Assembly: GCA_051362555.1 (NCBI GenBank) | Contig: CM120646.1 | Location: 20,770,001 to 20,834,000, forward strand | Direction: 5' to 3' | DNA length: 64,000 bases | Origin: Lingula anatina | Taxonomy: Eukaryota; Animalia; Brachiopoda | Part shown: piece after piece, positions 1 through 12,700 of the stretch | Layout: every line of letters begins with the position of its first letter | How positions within the stretch are numbered: the stretch's first letter is position 1 | Notes under the pieces: generated by a model | What the model saw: only the letters and a program-made list of their open reading frames with translations | Told to the model about the DNA's origin: nothing | Database searches by the model: none | Program-made: the position numbers and the translations under genes

Positions 1-3000
1 GACACACTATTTGTACCTGTTTATAATGAACGGGATATAGAAGATAACCTTCCAGCGCCCACTGACCAACTGCAACAGAAACGTCAGTTTGTAGATAATA
101 CAGGTTTTCAATTCACTCTGTCTTCTGCTGAAGTGAAGCGCAATGAAGGAATGATGGAGTGGGAGAGACAATGTAATGTATTTCAAACTTCTGATGATAA
201 TGTCGACAGGCTACTGCAAAGTGATGATGACTCCACAGACAGATACTCAGCAAACAATGGTAACCTTCCAACACACGATCAACTGCAGCAAGAAGAACAA
301 TTTTTGGATCTCGTGAGTTGGCAATTCATACCTTCATCTGCTGTAGTGAAAAGTTGTGGAGGAGTGATGGAGTGGCAAAGGAAAGTTGGGGTAATCCTTG
401 CAACTGCAACTGAAATAAGTGTGTGTCCATCAAGTTTGCATCTTTTGAGAGTGTTTCAAGACTTTGTCCACATAATAGTGAGAAATGAACCCCAGTTTGA
501 AAGAGTTTTGTATGACCTAGCAAACACTGCCATGCACATAAAAGATGCTGGTGAAGAACCAATTGAATCTGAATATCTAGCATCTCAAATTCTTGAATTT
601 GTAAGAGATGTCAAGCAAGACAGGTATTTGCATGATACCTACCTGCAGGAATTTACTTGTGCATACATTTGGCGATGCATGGAAGCAAATATTGAGAACC
701 CCTTGTTTGCTTACTTTATGGATGCCGTGAAGAACCAAACTCTACCCGACAGGAGACTGACGTTATTTGGACCCATTTTATTCCTACAGTTCTTTGATGA
801 AAGGGAGCAGAGGGAGAGCCCATCATTGGATTATCTAATGGAAGAACCTGAAGTTACCATGCATAGTGCACTTGGTGCTATGCATGCATATCTATCAACT
901 TGCCTTGACAACTCATTGGGGATATTGGCAACTGACATTCTGCGGGATTACTTCATGTTGGATATCAGTGCTGAAGACGTTGCTGCATTGGTGAGTAATG
1001 ACGATTTGCTGCTGAGAAAAGCAAAGCAGGCAACTGAAGTTATTGCCAAGACACACACACGTGGTTTCCCCTTTGTTTGCGCCATCTCTTTTATGAGGAA
1101 TTTTCTTGAAACTTTGGCAGATGCTATGTGTCAACGTGAGTTTTACAGCAACGAAGAAATATGCATGAGGATACTGGCTCTTACCTCTTACATGTTTCGA
1201 CCTCAGCTTAACCAAATGGATGGTGGACAGAAGCACCTGTTTTGTTACCTCCTCAAATCAATGATGCAGATAGAGGGTCTACCTCATGTCATTAACTTCT
1301 GTCAAGAATATCAATCTTATCTTCCACCAACTGCACAGGATTTTGGTTTATCCTGGGAAGCGTCTTTCTCAAGCCATCTGGGATACAACCCGCTTGGTTA
1401 TGCCACCCATTACCAAGAAACCAACGATGCCCTGTCAGCACTGACCCGTGGAAATCAAGATCAAATGTTGGAAATTGTGGGACAATGCGACCATTCATCG
1501 TCATATAGATTTTCATTGCTTGCTGTAGTTTTTGCAAATTTCTATCTTAGCAGATTCAACAGACCTCTCAATGAGCACAAAAATAAAGTAGCGACATGGA
1601 TACTAGAGAAATGCAAATCCTTGTCAGCACCGTACCGAGAAACAGTTACTCGATTATTGGGCAAGAAGGACTTTGAATTTTTTCTGACAGAAGATGAGGG
1701 CTGCAATACGTTCTCTCCATCATCTCAACAAACGTTTCAGGGCACCCTCTTTTCAGCTCTTGCTCTACACATTCAAGCAGTTATTGTCTCTCATATAGAT
1801 CACTCTAGCAATGTGGAGTCCCTCTTTGTGAAAAGCCTCTTAGCTCCGGAAAGCTTGCAGGCACTGGATACACTTACATTCAGCCATAGTAAATCACCAT
1901 CACAGCAATCCGATGTATCAGCATTCGACCGTCATTATTGCCAGTGTGGAAATGTGGTGTTGTGGATCAAAGCAACTAGGACAGAAGAGATACGGATTTG
2001 TCCAAATTGTGCACGTCCTTTTGGTGATCAAATGGTTAGTGACTATAGAACTAGCGTGCCAAAGCCAACAGGAAACACAAAAATGTCGGTCAAAGACGCC
2101 CAAATTTCCAATGTTTCCTTTAATGTGATCCATCTGCTACTGCAGTCATGTTTTGCCGCTGGACTCGGTTCAAAACTGTGTGCAAGGGATGATATAAAGA
2201 CTAAATTCAGTTGTGCTGTGGCGGAAGTAGATGGGAATATTCTTGAAAGGATGAGAACACATGCCGAGAATCTCGGAAATTTGCTAGCAGTAAAAACACA
2301 TGGAGTGTTTGAATTTTTACATCTCTTTGTCTCACAATTACATCATCATCTTGCCCCCAGTGACCTATGTAGACCAATTGATCAGTTGGTTGATGAAATT
2401 GACGATCTAACTGCACGGCGACATGACCATGTTAAAGAATTCAAGAAACAGTGCTTCAATGCCGGAAGACAGGATGGACAGGCATTGAGCACGACTGAAC
2501 AACAGCTGTTGCTTGAAATAAACGATACTGACACATGCGATGAAGATACAGCAGGGTATTTTCGACTTACATCAAAACCAACATTGGCCAATCTTCGATC
2601 AGAGTTTGAAACCAGAAAACTTTCGAAACTTTACCCATTCCTTGAAGTATTTCTAAGAACTGAAGACCGCCTGAAACTTATCAAACACATACCAGTTATT
2701 CTCAACTGGCACCGCATGATCACTATGAAATTAGATCAGAGAATTGCAAGAGATGAAGCCAGCCAAAGGCGAACAAGCACATTCGTGGAAGACAATGATA
2801 TGCCAGAACTTGAGAAATCCAATTTAAGAAAAGCATACAAAGCGATGCAGGCGACCTGCTCATTTCTCCGAAATGATCCACTTGCAAGGGCTGTTGACCC
2901 CTGTTTTAAGCAATTACCAAACTTGGACAAACAGTCATCAAACCTTGGTGAGTGTGTGATAGATTCTGAAAATTCACCTTTGTATGGTGCTCTTAGAGCA

Positions 3001-4388
3001 CTGGTAGCGATTCAAAACACCTTCCTAGATGACTGCATACACGCTGCACTTGTTGGGAACAGTATGGTGCTCAGTTACATGCGACAAGGACCCAATGTCG
3101 GAATGGTGAAATACATTAACTTGGAAGATTGCGTGAAAAAGCACGTTATTGAGTATGATTGGTCCGATGAGATATTTACTCATTCCCAGCAGTGCAATAT
3201 ATCATACGGAATGGGTAGAGACATACAATATGATTACAGAGAAATTGAAGAAGAGCTTGCCAACAAGTTGGTGATGGGAAAGCCGTACCTTAAAGCAAAA
3301 TGTGGGATCCATTTCTTTCGGTTTGCAAAGGAACTTTTCCATGGCTCCTCATCCATATTAGAAGAAGTTAAGTCCTTGATATCTCAAGAGGAAACTCTGC
3401 CAGCAGACATCATCAACAGTATAAAGAGAGACCAAAAACAGTCTTTGAATAAGACAAGTGATCTTTTAAATGAGTTAGAAGTGTTATTGTGTTTCATCAA
3501 GCGCACTGGAGGTCAAAGTGACATGTCTTTACTCGACTATGCAACACAGTGGCTGTCAACACCTATGAATCCGTTTCCCGAACACCTGCTACCTGAGCCA
3601 CGGGAATCAGTGGAACTTTGTCACATTGTTCCACTGTACGAGCTCCTTGAGGACTTACAGTGTGACAATGCAGTGGATTGCTTATCAGACAACTATCGGG
3701 AGAAGCTCAGTGCTGAAATGACAAGAACTTTAACAGAGTGTATGGAAAGTGGGGCAGTACTTCCAGACCACTTTCGAGTGTGTCTGCGAAGGTTTATTTT
3801 CAGATTTCTGTCGTCTGACATAATGGTTCTTCAACCCACTGATTCCTTAGTCGAGTCCATAGATAACCCAACCCTGTGGCCGGCTGGTGTATTGGTGGGC
3901 GGTCGTATCCTGGGTCCCAGTGCGGAACCAAAACCTCTGACAGACGTACTTCCTTGTCAGCTTTCCCTCTGCCACACGCATGCAGTGTACAGACACGTCT
4001 TGAATATTATAATGGTAAACAAGCAGATCTAAGTAGTTTGTTTTTAGAGGGAAGATAAGTCTACTCCATTAAAAGACGAATGCTGTCTGAAATCGTTTTT
4101 TTTTTTTGTTTGTTTTTTTTTTTTTTTTTTTTGCATATTGCCATTCGCTTGTGTAAAAATATCAGGAGTAAATTCGTTGAATTAGCGTGATAGAATGGCC
4201 TTTGATTACAATTTATAATAACAGAGAGATGATAAAAACCTAAATAGATTTTCCTTCACTAATTTTTGATAATGAAACATAATATCATTTTTTGTTAGGA
4301 GCGAGAAAAATTAAGGCAGGTAATAAGAAGGCCATCCAGAAAGGGACCACCCAGAGCAAGGAGACAAATGAAGTTCAGAAAAACCTAA
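1..4388 (+). CDS. RNF213: RNF213 (mysterin)-like giant E3 ubiquitin ligase, C-terminal E3 portion; 5'-partial
   Basis: Frame 1 is open from base 1 to a GT donor at 4015 (ATG|gtaaac). The last exon 4299-4388 follows tttgttag and reads EREKLRQVIRRPSRKGPPRARRQMKFRKT*. Recalled RNF213 C-terminal motifs match: LYPFLEVFLRTEDRLKLIKHIPVIL, LVAIQNTF, VIEYDW..SYGMGRDIQYDYREIEEELANKLVMGKPYL, ELCHIVPLYELLE, LRRFIFRFL. RZ-finger-like CxC..CxxC at 1933-2025. Homologue rather than proven orthologue. Confidence 0.85.
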
Positions 4389-4599
4389 GTAATTATGATT
4401 TTGAACAATCTTTGATCAATAGCACTTTGGGCCTGTCGACCTAAGATGGACCACTTCATCGCTTAAACCCCATTTCAGAGGTTCAAAGGTGTGACCACAG
4501 ATATTACATTGTTGTGTTTTACCATTATAATACTGCTAACACTTACCTGGACTGTCTTGTTGATATCTAAGGGCCGCTTTTGCTGGGATTTATCAACAA

Positions 4600-5199
4600 A
4601 TGTTTCACTGTGGGTGTTTTTCCAAAAAAGGTTTAAATCTGCAATAATTCGCCCACTACTCAAAAAGGACAAACTTGACACAGATCTTTTGGTAAACTAT
4701 CGTCCTGTTTCCAATTTGTCATTTTTATCTAAGGTAGTAGAGAGGGTTATATCAGTTAGACTATTTAAGCATTTAGAAGCAAACAATATTGTTGAGGAAA
4801 TGCAATCAGCCTACAAATTCAATCATAGCACTGAATCTGCAATTTTGAGAATTAAAGATGATTTATTAGGTGGCGTTGACAAACATTCTGCTATGTTATT
4901 GGTACTGTTAGATTTTTTCTGCTGCCTTTGACACAGTAGACCATAATATTTCATTGACATTTCTAGAGCAGAATGTAGGAGTTAGAGATAAGGCCACAGA
5001 TCTTTTATGATCCTATGCAACATCCATGATCCAGCATTGTCTGTGAACACCATTGCTGACAGCAGATCAGATCTCAGAGGTTGGCTCATTTCAAATAAAT
5101 TGAAGATAAATGATGGAAAAACAGAATTTTTAGTCATTACTCAACCCCATAAAAAGGGCCTTGCTCACAACCTGCAGCTTAAAATTGGAGCTAGTATGG

Positions 5200-5230
<31 letters not shown>

Positions 5231-5935
5231 ATGTAAAAAGTTTAGGAATATACTTTGATTCTACACTTTCAATGGACAAACAGATCTCCAACATTACAAG
5301 GTCTTGTTTATTCAACATTCGGTATATTGGCACCATAAGGAAATATCTGAATTAATCATCTGCTGCTACTGTTATATTGGTAACTTCCAGGTTGGACCAT
5401 TGCAATTCTGTATTATATGGATGTCCAGATGATAAGATTAAAAGATTACAACGCATCCAGAATATATCAGCACGGTTTTAAATGTTACACCCTAGGGAAT
5501 GCCATATCACTCCAATTTTAAAGTAGTTACACTGGTTACCAGTTAGGGCCAGAATTTTATTTAAGGTTTTAGTTCTTACACGTGCTGCTTTTTATAACCT
5601 AGCTCCACCATATATAATTGATCTGGTCAAACTTTATAGTCCTCAAAGATCCCTGAGGAGTCTGGTGACAAACTTGTACTGAAAGTTCCCAAGTCAAAGT
5701 TAAAAACATATGGTGACATATCATCTTGTGTAGCTGCACCGGTAGAATGGAATAAGTTAACAATTTTATTAGACAAATAGAATTACAAGAATCTTTTAAA
5801 AAGGAATTGAAATCTCACATTTTAAGACATTTTATTTGTGATTTTTTTTAAATTATACATGAAAGAAAACTTGAATTTTTTTTAATTTTTTTTAAATTAC
5901 TTTTTATTACAATTTAGTTTAGCTCTGATTTATAT

Positions 5936-6000
<65 letters not shown>

Positions 6001-6110
6001 GTATAGATATCTTAATCATTTTTATCTTTGTATTTTATGTTGTACAGTCTATTGAACATTTTATGGATTTTAGACTCGAAATAAATATATAATTATAATT
6101 ATTATTATAA
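4600..6110 (+). mobile_element. Decayed 5'-truncated L2/CR1-group LINE (RT and 3' end)
   Basis: RT motifs [54 protein letters not shown] and LHWLPVRARILFK, with frameshifts and stops. AT-rich (ATT)n-like tail at ~6080-6110. Confidence 0.85.
5935..5999. repeat. (TA)n microsatellite
   Basis: Direct reading. Confidence 0.95.
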
Positions 6111-6178
6111 TTTACTTCAGATGACCCAACACCAACACAAATAGACATGTCACGATGGACAACCTCTAAGAACTCTGC

Positions 6179-6705
6179 GGGGTAGTACTTCCAGACCACT
6201 TTCGAGTGTGTCTGCGAAGATTTATTTTCAGATTTCTTTCATCTGACGTGGTGATTCTCCAACCCAACATTTCCTTAGCAGAGACACTAAATAATCCAAC
6301 CTTTTGGCCAACCGGTATAATGATAGGTAGTTATCTACACGAATCCAAAGCACAACCAAAACTACTGAAAAAATTCTTCCTCGTCAGCTTTCCTTCTGTC
6401 ACACGCATGCAGTCTACAAACGGGTTTTGGATTTTATAAAGGTGAGAATGCATTAGTTCTGTGTCCTATTTTAATTTAGTCAATAAGTATAAAGCGCACT
6501 ACCTGTGATTTCATTTTTCATTGCCCCCTGTAATAAAACCTTTTTAAGGGCATTAAACATTCCTTTATGTTAGGAACAAGATGATTCGAGACAGCAAAAC
6601 TGGATAAATCAAGAATTTGCAAGTGAACCAAGAGGAAACATAAAAAGGAGACACTTAATCATGATCTTATTCGATGGTCACTACATCCTTGAACAGCCGA
6701 CCTGA
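6179..6705 (+). pseudogene. Decayed duplicate of the last ~260 bp of the large RNF213-like exon, the last intron and the last exon
   Basis: 6179-6441 aligns to 3751-4014 (GGGGYAGTACTTCCAGACCACTTTCGAGTGTGTCTGCGAAG...). It keeps a donor (AAG|gtgaga, 6442) and an acceptor (tgttag|GAA, 6574) but has a 1-nt deletion near 6370. Confidence 0.8.
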
Positions 6706-9700
6706 GATGTCTGTTTTTTCCAAGCACATTTTTTCGTTGACCACTGCCAGCCCGACTACACCTTAGTAGCCAATACACTCCATGCTATAGCATATGCAGG
6801 TGCCTTCTGTTGACCAGAGGCAGAAAATTGGGACGATACTTGTTACCAGCTGTTCTCAAAACCCTCGCTTTCACCTGAGAACAGTACCATTGTCCAGCTA
6901 TTGGCTGATGTCCATACCAGAGTTCCGGTATACTATCTGACTCGACGGAGACGATTCCTGCCAGTGATCACTGATCTCCAAATAGAAACCCTGCCAAAAT
7001 AACGGCTGGTGTGCAGAAGTCTATTCATGGTTAGCTCAGAAACACGCTTTGTCCTGTTCTTGTAAAATGTGCTGTCAACTTCCTTAATGTCATGAAACGT
7101 TTTCTACGTGTTAGCATTATCTATTCGCTCTTCTCTATGTTTGGTTTCCTTTACCCAGGCAATCTTGCCCATGTGCCTGTTTGGTTATGATGTTTTTAAC
7201 CCTCTCATAGGTTCTCAACGGACAACCCAACCTTCTGGCAATTTGACGGGTCAAAACTCCTATCTATAGCAACCCCTAGATAAACAAAATATATCCCCTC
7301 TCACATAGGAGCCGCATATTAAAAACGTTGGTGTTGGAGTATTTCAATGGTTACGCTAGGTACCTCAATGTTCTGTTACTCATATTCCCAACTGACATAT
7401 ATACTGACAAATACCGACTGCTTTGTTTTTATGTAATAGAAAAATTAAAACTATGGGTACCCTTGTAGCAATGTACATAATTTCGGTAGGGGTGCCTTTT
7501 TTACAATGGGAGTAAACAATCTTCAAAAGATGAGGATGATGCACATTAAGATATATATAGCTAGAATAGGTTGTCTTCACCGGTCATAAGCGTGGCCCAT
7601 GCTGTGTAGTTTTTCCATGTGTATATACTACCTATATATTGTACAGTAGCTAATTTTGAAAATATCTCAATGTTTATCATGACACAGTGCTTTGTAAATA
7701 TCAGTTGCATGTAAAACAATTTTCCATTTAAGCTGATGTAAATATCTTCCAAAGCTATATCATGTTAATAATGCCATTTATCAGTAAAGGTTTTTTTACA
7801 TTGCTGCCGTGAAGATATGCTATGAATATCACTACAATAACGGTATTTATATATCTATGTATGTTTGTATGTTCACAGATAAATTAAGCGTGAATAATGC
7901 CTGCTTTCCATAATGTACATATAGTAGATCTTACATCATTATATTTAACTGGCCGGAAGTTGCACGATATTCAGGTTACGGACTTTCAAACATATAAATA
8001 TTGTTGTGTGTATTTTGTCAGTCTTTGCCTTTTTTCCAAATACAGCATGGGTGCAATAATACAGTTTTGTTGGAGAGCCTCTCGAATTACGAAGAGCTTT
8101 TCGACTCGTAACTTGTTTGAAACTTGGAGGTCACACTGTAAAGATTTATTTAAGTATGTACATAAGTTTTGATATATGAAACATGGCTCATAAATGCGCA
8201 TCCTTCATTTACTTTATAGAACAAGGTGTACAATTGGACTTACAGAGGGCCGAGAGAGATGTTACTTTAGAGATATTCAGAGGTAAATACATTTGCCAGA
8301 ATACACTATATATACATGTGCATGTGTACATATCTGTACAACAGCACAGTGACAGTAAAGATATCATGATGCTTGTGTTGTACATTAATCATTGTAAAAT
8401 GTAGCACAGGCTGATTTGTCCGACTGTTCAAATGTGTGCATAGTTTACAAGATGGTTTTAATATGGAAATGAGGAAAGTAAGATATATATCTTAGTGTTG
8501 GTATAACTTACAATCAAAATAAGTAAAAACTAATCCAGACCGAGATGAAAAATGAAAAATGAAACAATGTACTTACAGGTATGTACATATTTGAGTTCTT
8601 GTAAAGCTCTGTAGAGCCTGACCGTTCACTTGCCTTTTAATGGTTAAGGCGGAAGGGAGGGTGGAGAGAAAGATGAAGATGTATAACTAATTTTATCTTA
8701 TTTTTTATGTTGGGGTTGTCGAATTATACACTGGTCTACAACATGTAGGGTGTTTAAAACTTAGGCTTAATCCATCCTTCCATGTTTAACTTATGCCTGG
8801 ATCCTATATGAAACCCACTGACAGCAAAAAAGGACTCATACTGAGTCTTTTAGCGACTCCAGCAGCGGGTCCTAAATCAAGTCCCTTTGAGGATTTCTCC
8901 GAGTCCTTTAATGTTAAAGAGACTCCAGCTAGCTAGAGTCCCTTGGAGACTCAACTGGAATCAAGGGACTCAAGACGATTGAGTCTTTTAAAGGACTCAA
9001 AAGATTCTTTAAAGGGGCTCTAGCTATGAATTTTAGTCCTTTCAGAGCCTCCAGATGAGGCTTCTGGGAGAATCGTTTTAGTCTAGTGAAGACATTTAAA
9101 GACTCATCTGGTCCTATTTTAAAGGGGAATTTTTCATTGAAATTGTGTTTTCAGCCTTTTGTAAAATGATACAACACTTTAAGCAAAACAGTGACAGTTT
9201 GAAATGAGTTGTTGCAAAAAATAAACTAAATCGTTTTTGATTAATATTTCTATTTGCAGTAAAAACAGCAAGTTAACAAATCCTCTTTTATAAAAAGCAT
9301 GCAATAGCCATGGAATCCAATACCTCGATCAAGATACAGACAAATCCTAAATGATAAACATGAATGTATTGCATTAACAAATGGTCATGAACACAGAACT
9401 CTTCTTGGAAAACTTAACTGGACCAGTTGTCCCAAAATCTGGGACGACCTTTAGTTGAATTTCTTAACTAATCTAGCCACTAAGCCACCGAAACATGTTA
9501 ACAAAATAACTGCTTTCTTAAAATATTTCCATATGTTATGGAATCCCAGGAGGGCCAAGTGAAATTAAAAAATAAAAAATAAAATTGAAAAAAAAAATTT
9601 TTTAAACTTTAAATGAAAAAAGAAAATTGCAAGATCGCGCGAAATCTTGCGAGATCGCGCGTAATCCTGCTTGGCCACGTGAAATCCCGCGATACCGAGC

Positions 9701-9778
9701 AAATTTTATTTCAAGAGAAAATCAAGAAAAAGAGAAAAAAAATCACGATATCTCACGAGAAATTGCGAGAATAGAAAC

Positions 9779-12700
9779 ATGGCGGAAGAAGCCACGATGT
9801 GTTTAAAATGCCAACATTGCACGGACTATGAACAACAGGCTCACATTCCCATTTGTAAATCATGCGGATGTGATAATATATTGCACGTAAGTTGTTTTCT
9901 CTTTATTCTTTATGCAGATGATAGTGTGACGTATAGTATTTATTAGTGTATCAAGGGCGATCAGTGTCCTCTTGAGTCTTATTTCTTTACTATTACTAGT
10001 ATTAGAATGTACTAGGGGCAATATAAGAAGATAGCGACACCGGTTAAATAAATATGTCGCTTTCCTGACACAGTGACACTGACTGGTTATGCAAACGTCT
10101 TCATTAGGCATTTAACTTATTTTACATACATGTTCATAAATTTACAGTATTTTTATTAGACTTCCTCGAGACAATTATTAAACCACACGTGTACAGTTCC
10201 CGTTAAGGATAGGAAGGTTGAAAGTAATGCTTTTCATTTGTAATTTACGTTTGTAGAGTGTCGTCGGTGCTTGTAACAAAAGGCAATGTCAATGTCCAGG
10301 ATACCGAAAAATTAGTACCATCAGACATTGTGTCAACTGTGGGCACTTGCCCATGGATCACAACTTCAAATTTGGTGAGCAAATTCAGTGTTTGACTTTT
10401 TTCAACATGGATCTACCAAGTTATTTGTGTTAAAATACAATAAGAATTGAAATAGTTTCATATATGATATTAATTGAAATATTTTTAATTCTTGGTCTTC
10501 AATTTGTCAATTCAAATAATAGTTATTTTGTGAGAGCATGAAACAGAAGTTGATTTAAGAAAATATAAAATATAAATCATAAAATTGAATTAGGTGGATT
10601 TAGCCTGTATAATTCACCTTTTATGTTGAGGCACACATCTCCAGTGTTATTATCAAAGCTTTTCTTTGGGCTACAAATTATGAAATATCACTGTAAAAGA
10701 CTGTTATTTATATGTAATTGGCACTCGAGGAGAAATCTCAGGAAAAAATTAACATCCATTTTGTAATAAACAAAAGAGCATACTAAATGAAATTGCCTTA
10801 TAATGTGTGTTTGTGTGTTTAATTGTATCTCTTATAAGTCTATAGTCTCTCATTGCTTCATGTAAAAAATTCATTTTATTTTTGAATTTCAGATTTAAAG
10901 GTTTTCCTCAACAATCTAGTGGAACGTAATAAAAGCAATGCTTTGATATTAGAATACTTAAAGGACTTTGGTATTACCTGAAGGTAAATATTTTTGTGTA
11001 TAATTCTTTGTGGCAACAAATGCTTATTTATAATTGCTTTTTTGTAGAGAAATCTTTGTGTCAATCAATGTCATGTTTAATTCTTATTGTTAGTGAAGCT
11101 CATTGCTTATCGCCCACGTCAAGTCTTTTTCTTGGTGACAAACTTAACTATTAATTGGACAGCTGCTGACATCACTGGATAGGTTTTTTTTTTAATGATG
11201 GCTTGGACTCCTGGCATTTTTGTTGAAAATTACAAGTGGTGATTTTAAATGGCATGAATCCCCAGAAAAGTCTTGGCCCGTGTTATCATTTTCATATAGA
11301 TTTCCATAAAAATCTGCAAAATCCTATTGCATGAAGGGTGAACTTTAAAGTTGTCAGCTCACTGAATATCTTAAAGGGGGTAATAAGTTCAGAAAGAATC
11401 TAATTATTATTAATTATTTTGTTTTTCACTTTCAGTGAAAGAACCCTCAAGAGAAGGTTAAATGTTCTTGAAATCAAGCGACATGAACATGTCCCTGTCC
11501 AAGAACTAAGGGTAAGCGATAATTTTGATGCTGCCTACCTGAACTTTGAATCAATCTGTATGTTGAAATAATATCTGTAGTATTTTGATCACTCAAGTCT
11601 TAGAATAGAGGAGATGGCATAAATACACTAACCAACCAGTACAGTACTAGTATATAGATATGTCTGATAGAAAGTCTGTTACAATCCAAAACTTAATTAT
11701 CCCCCTTGTACAAATAAAATAAAAATATTGACATCTTACAGTGATTTATATTTCCAATCATAATTTAGTAAGGTTATATACATAATAAATGGTCATTTTA
11801 ATGTGTGAATCATAACTTTTTATGTAGGATATTATTCAACAAGAAGTCGTTGTTTGTGGGGGACTGGCAGGTGTAAGGCGAATATATGATCAGTGTCGCC
11901 AGAAATATCACAAGAAAGTAAAAAGGTTAGTAAAGTAAAGGATTAATTTTTGCAATTAAGCAGTTAATTAAAAAATGAAAGTAATAATCTATATTTGTTG
12001 CACTTCTATTAAATTATATTATTCTGTTACTCTATCCTAAGAATTGATGTGCAAGAGATATTGCGTGAAATTGATGCTGAAGGTCAGAAACTAAGGATAC
12101 GAAGTGCTTTAAATTGAAGAGTTTTTAAATCACAGGTAAATATTATTTTTATGTATAGACACAGAGACCTATCTGTCTTGATCATTTAAGCTATGCACTT
12201 TCAGCGATAACACAATATGTGGAAAACTATTTAGTCTTAAACCCTTTTCTGGTCACAAAAATTTGCCAAGTCATCATACTGTCAGTTTCAACTAACTTAA
12301 GATTATAGAAAGATAATTGTATTGTAGAACTTACATAATGGCTATGTGATAACATCTCAAACAATTATGGTAGAGTGTTGCATTGCAGTGGTTATGCAGT
12401 GGTAAACTAGCCAATCATATTTATTGGACTTGTAGCATTGGGTCATTTGCATAACTGGTACTATAATAAAGAGCTGCACAGGTAGTGCAGTAGTTAGTTA
12501 TTGTTCACTTGTGTTAGAGTTACTTACTTCAGGTGTCCAGGTAGACTTCAGCAGATATTATTAGTTTGTAAAAATACCAAAATATTCAGTGTGCTACAGT
12601 ATGATGGAGCCACTTATCAGTAAAAGTTGTTTGATTTGTTCATTTGAGGAATGTATCAGTCAGATTGTTCACATGTATATTCCTTCAAAATGACATTTAA

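Noticed and set aside
133-4032. ORF track start (GTG at 133) and stop (4032) as true gene ends
   Set aside because: The frame is open to base 1, and a good donor at 4015 with an acceptor at 4298 gives a better end, mirrored by the duplicate at 6442/6574.
6720-7270. Coding-like minus-strand remnant (possible SWIM or transposon ORF)
   Set aside because: Multiple stops and frameshifts; no motif convincing enough to name.
8830-9110. GAGTC/GACTC short repeats resembling a CRISPR or operator array
   Set aside because: No constant repeat-spacer period; eukaryotic context; explained as CACTA subterminal repeats.
10979-12117. Selenocysteine or alternative-code reading of the two TGAs
   Set aside because: They fall at positions where W or R is expected, no SECIS was recognised, and TGA acts as a stop elsewhere in the window.
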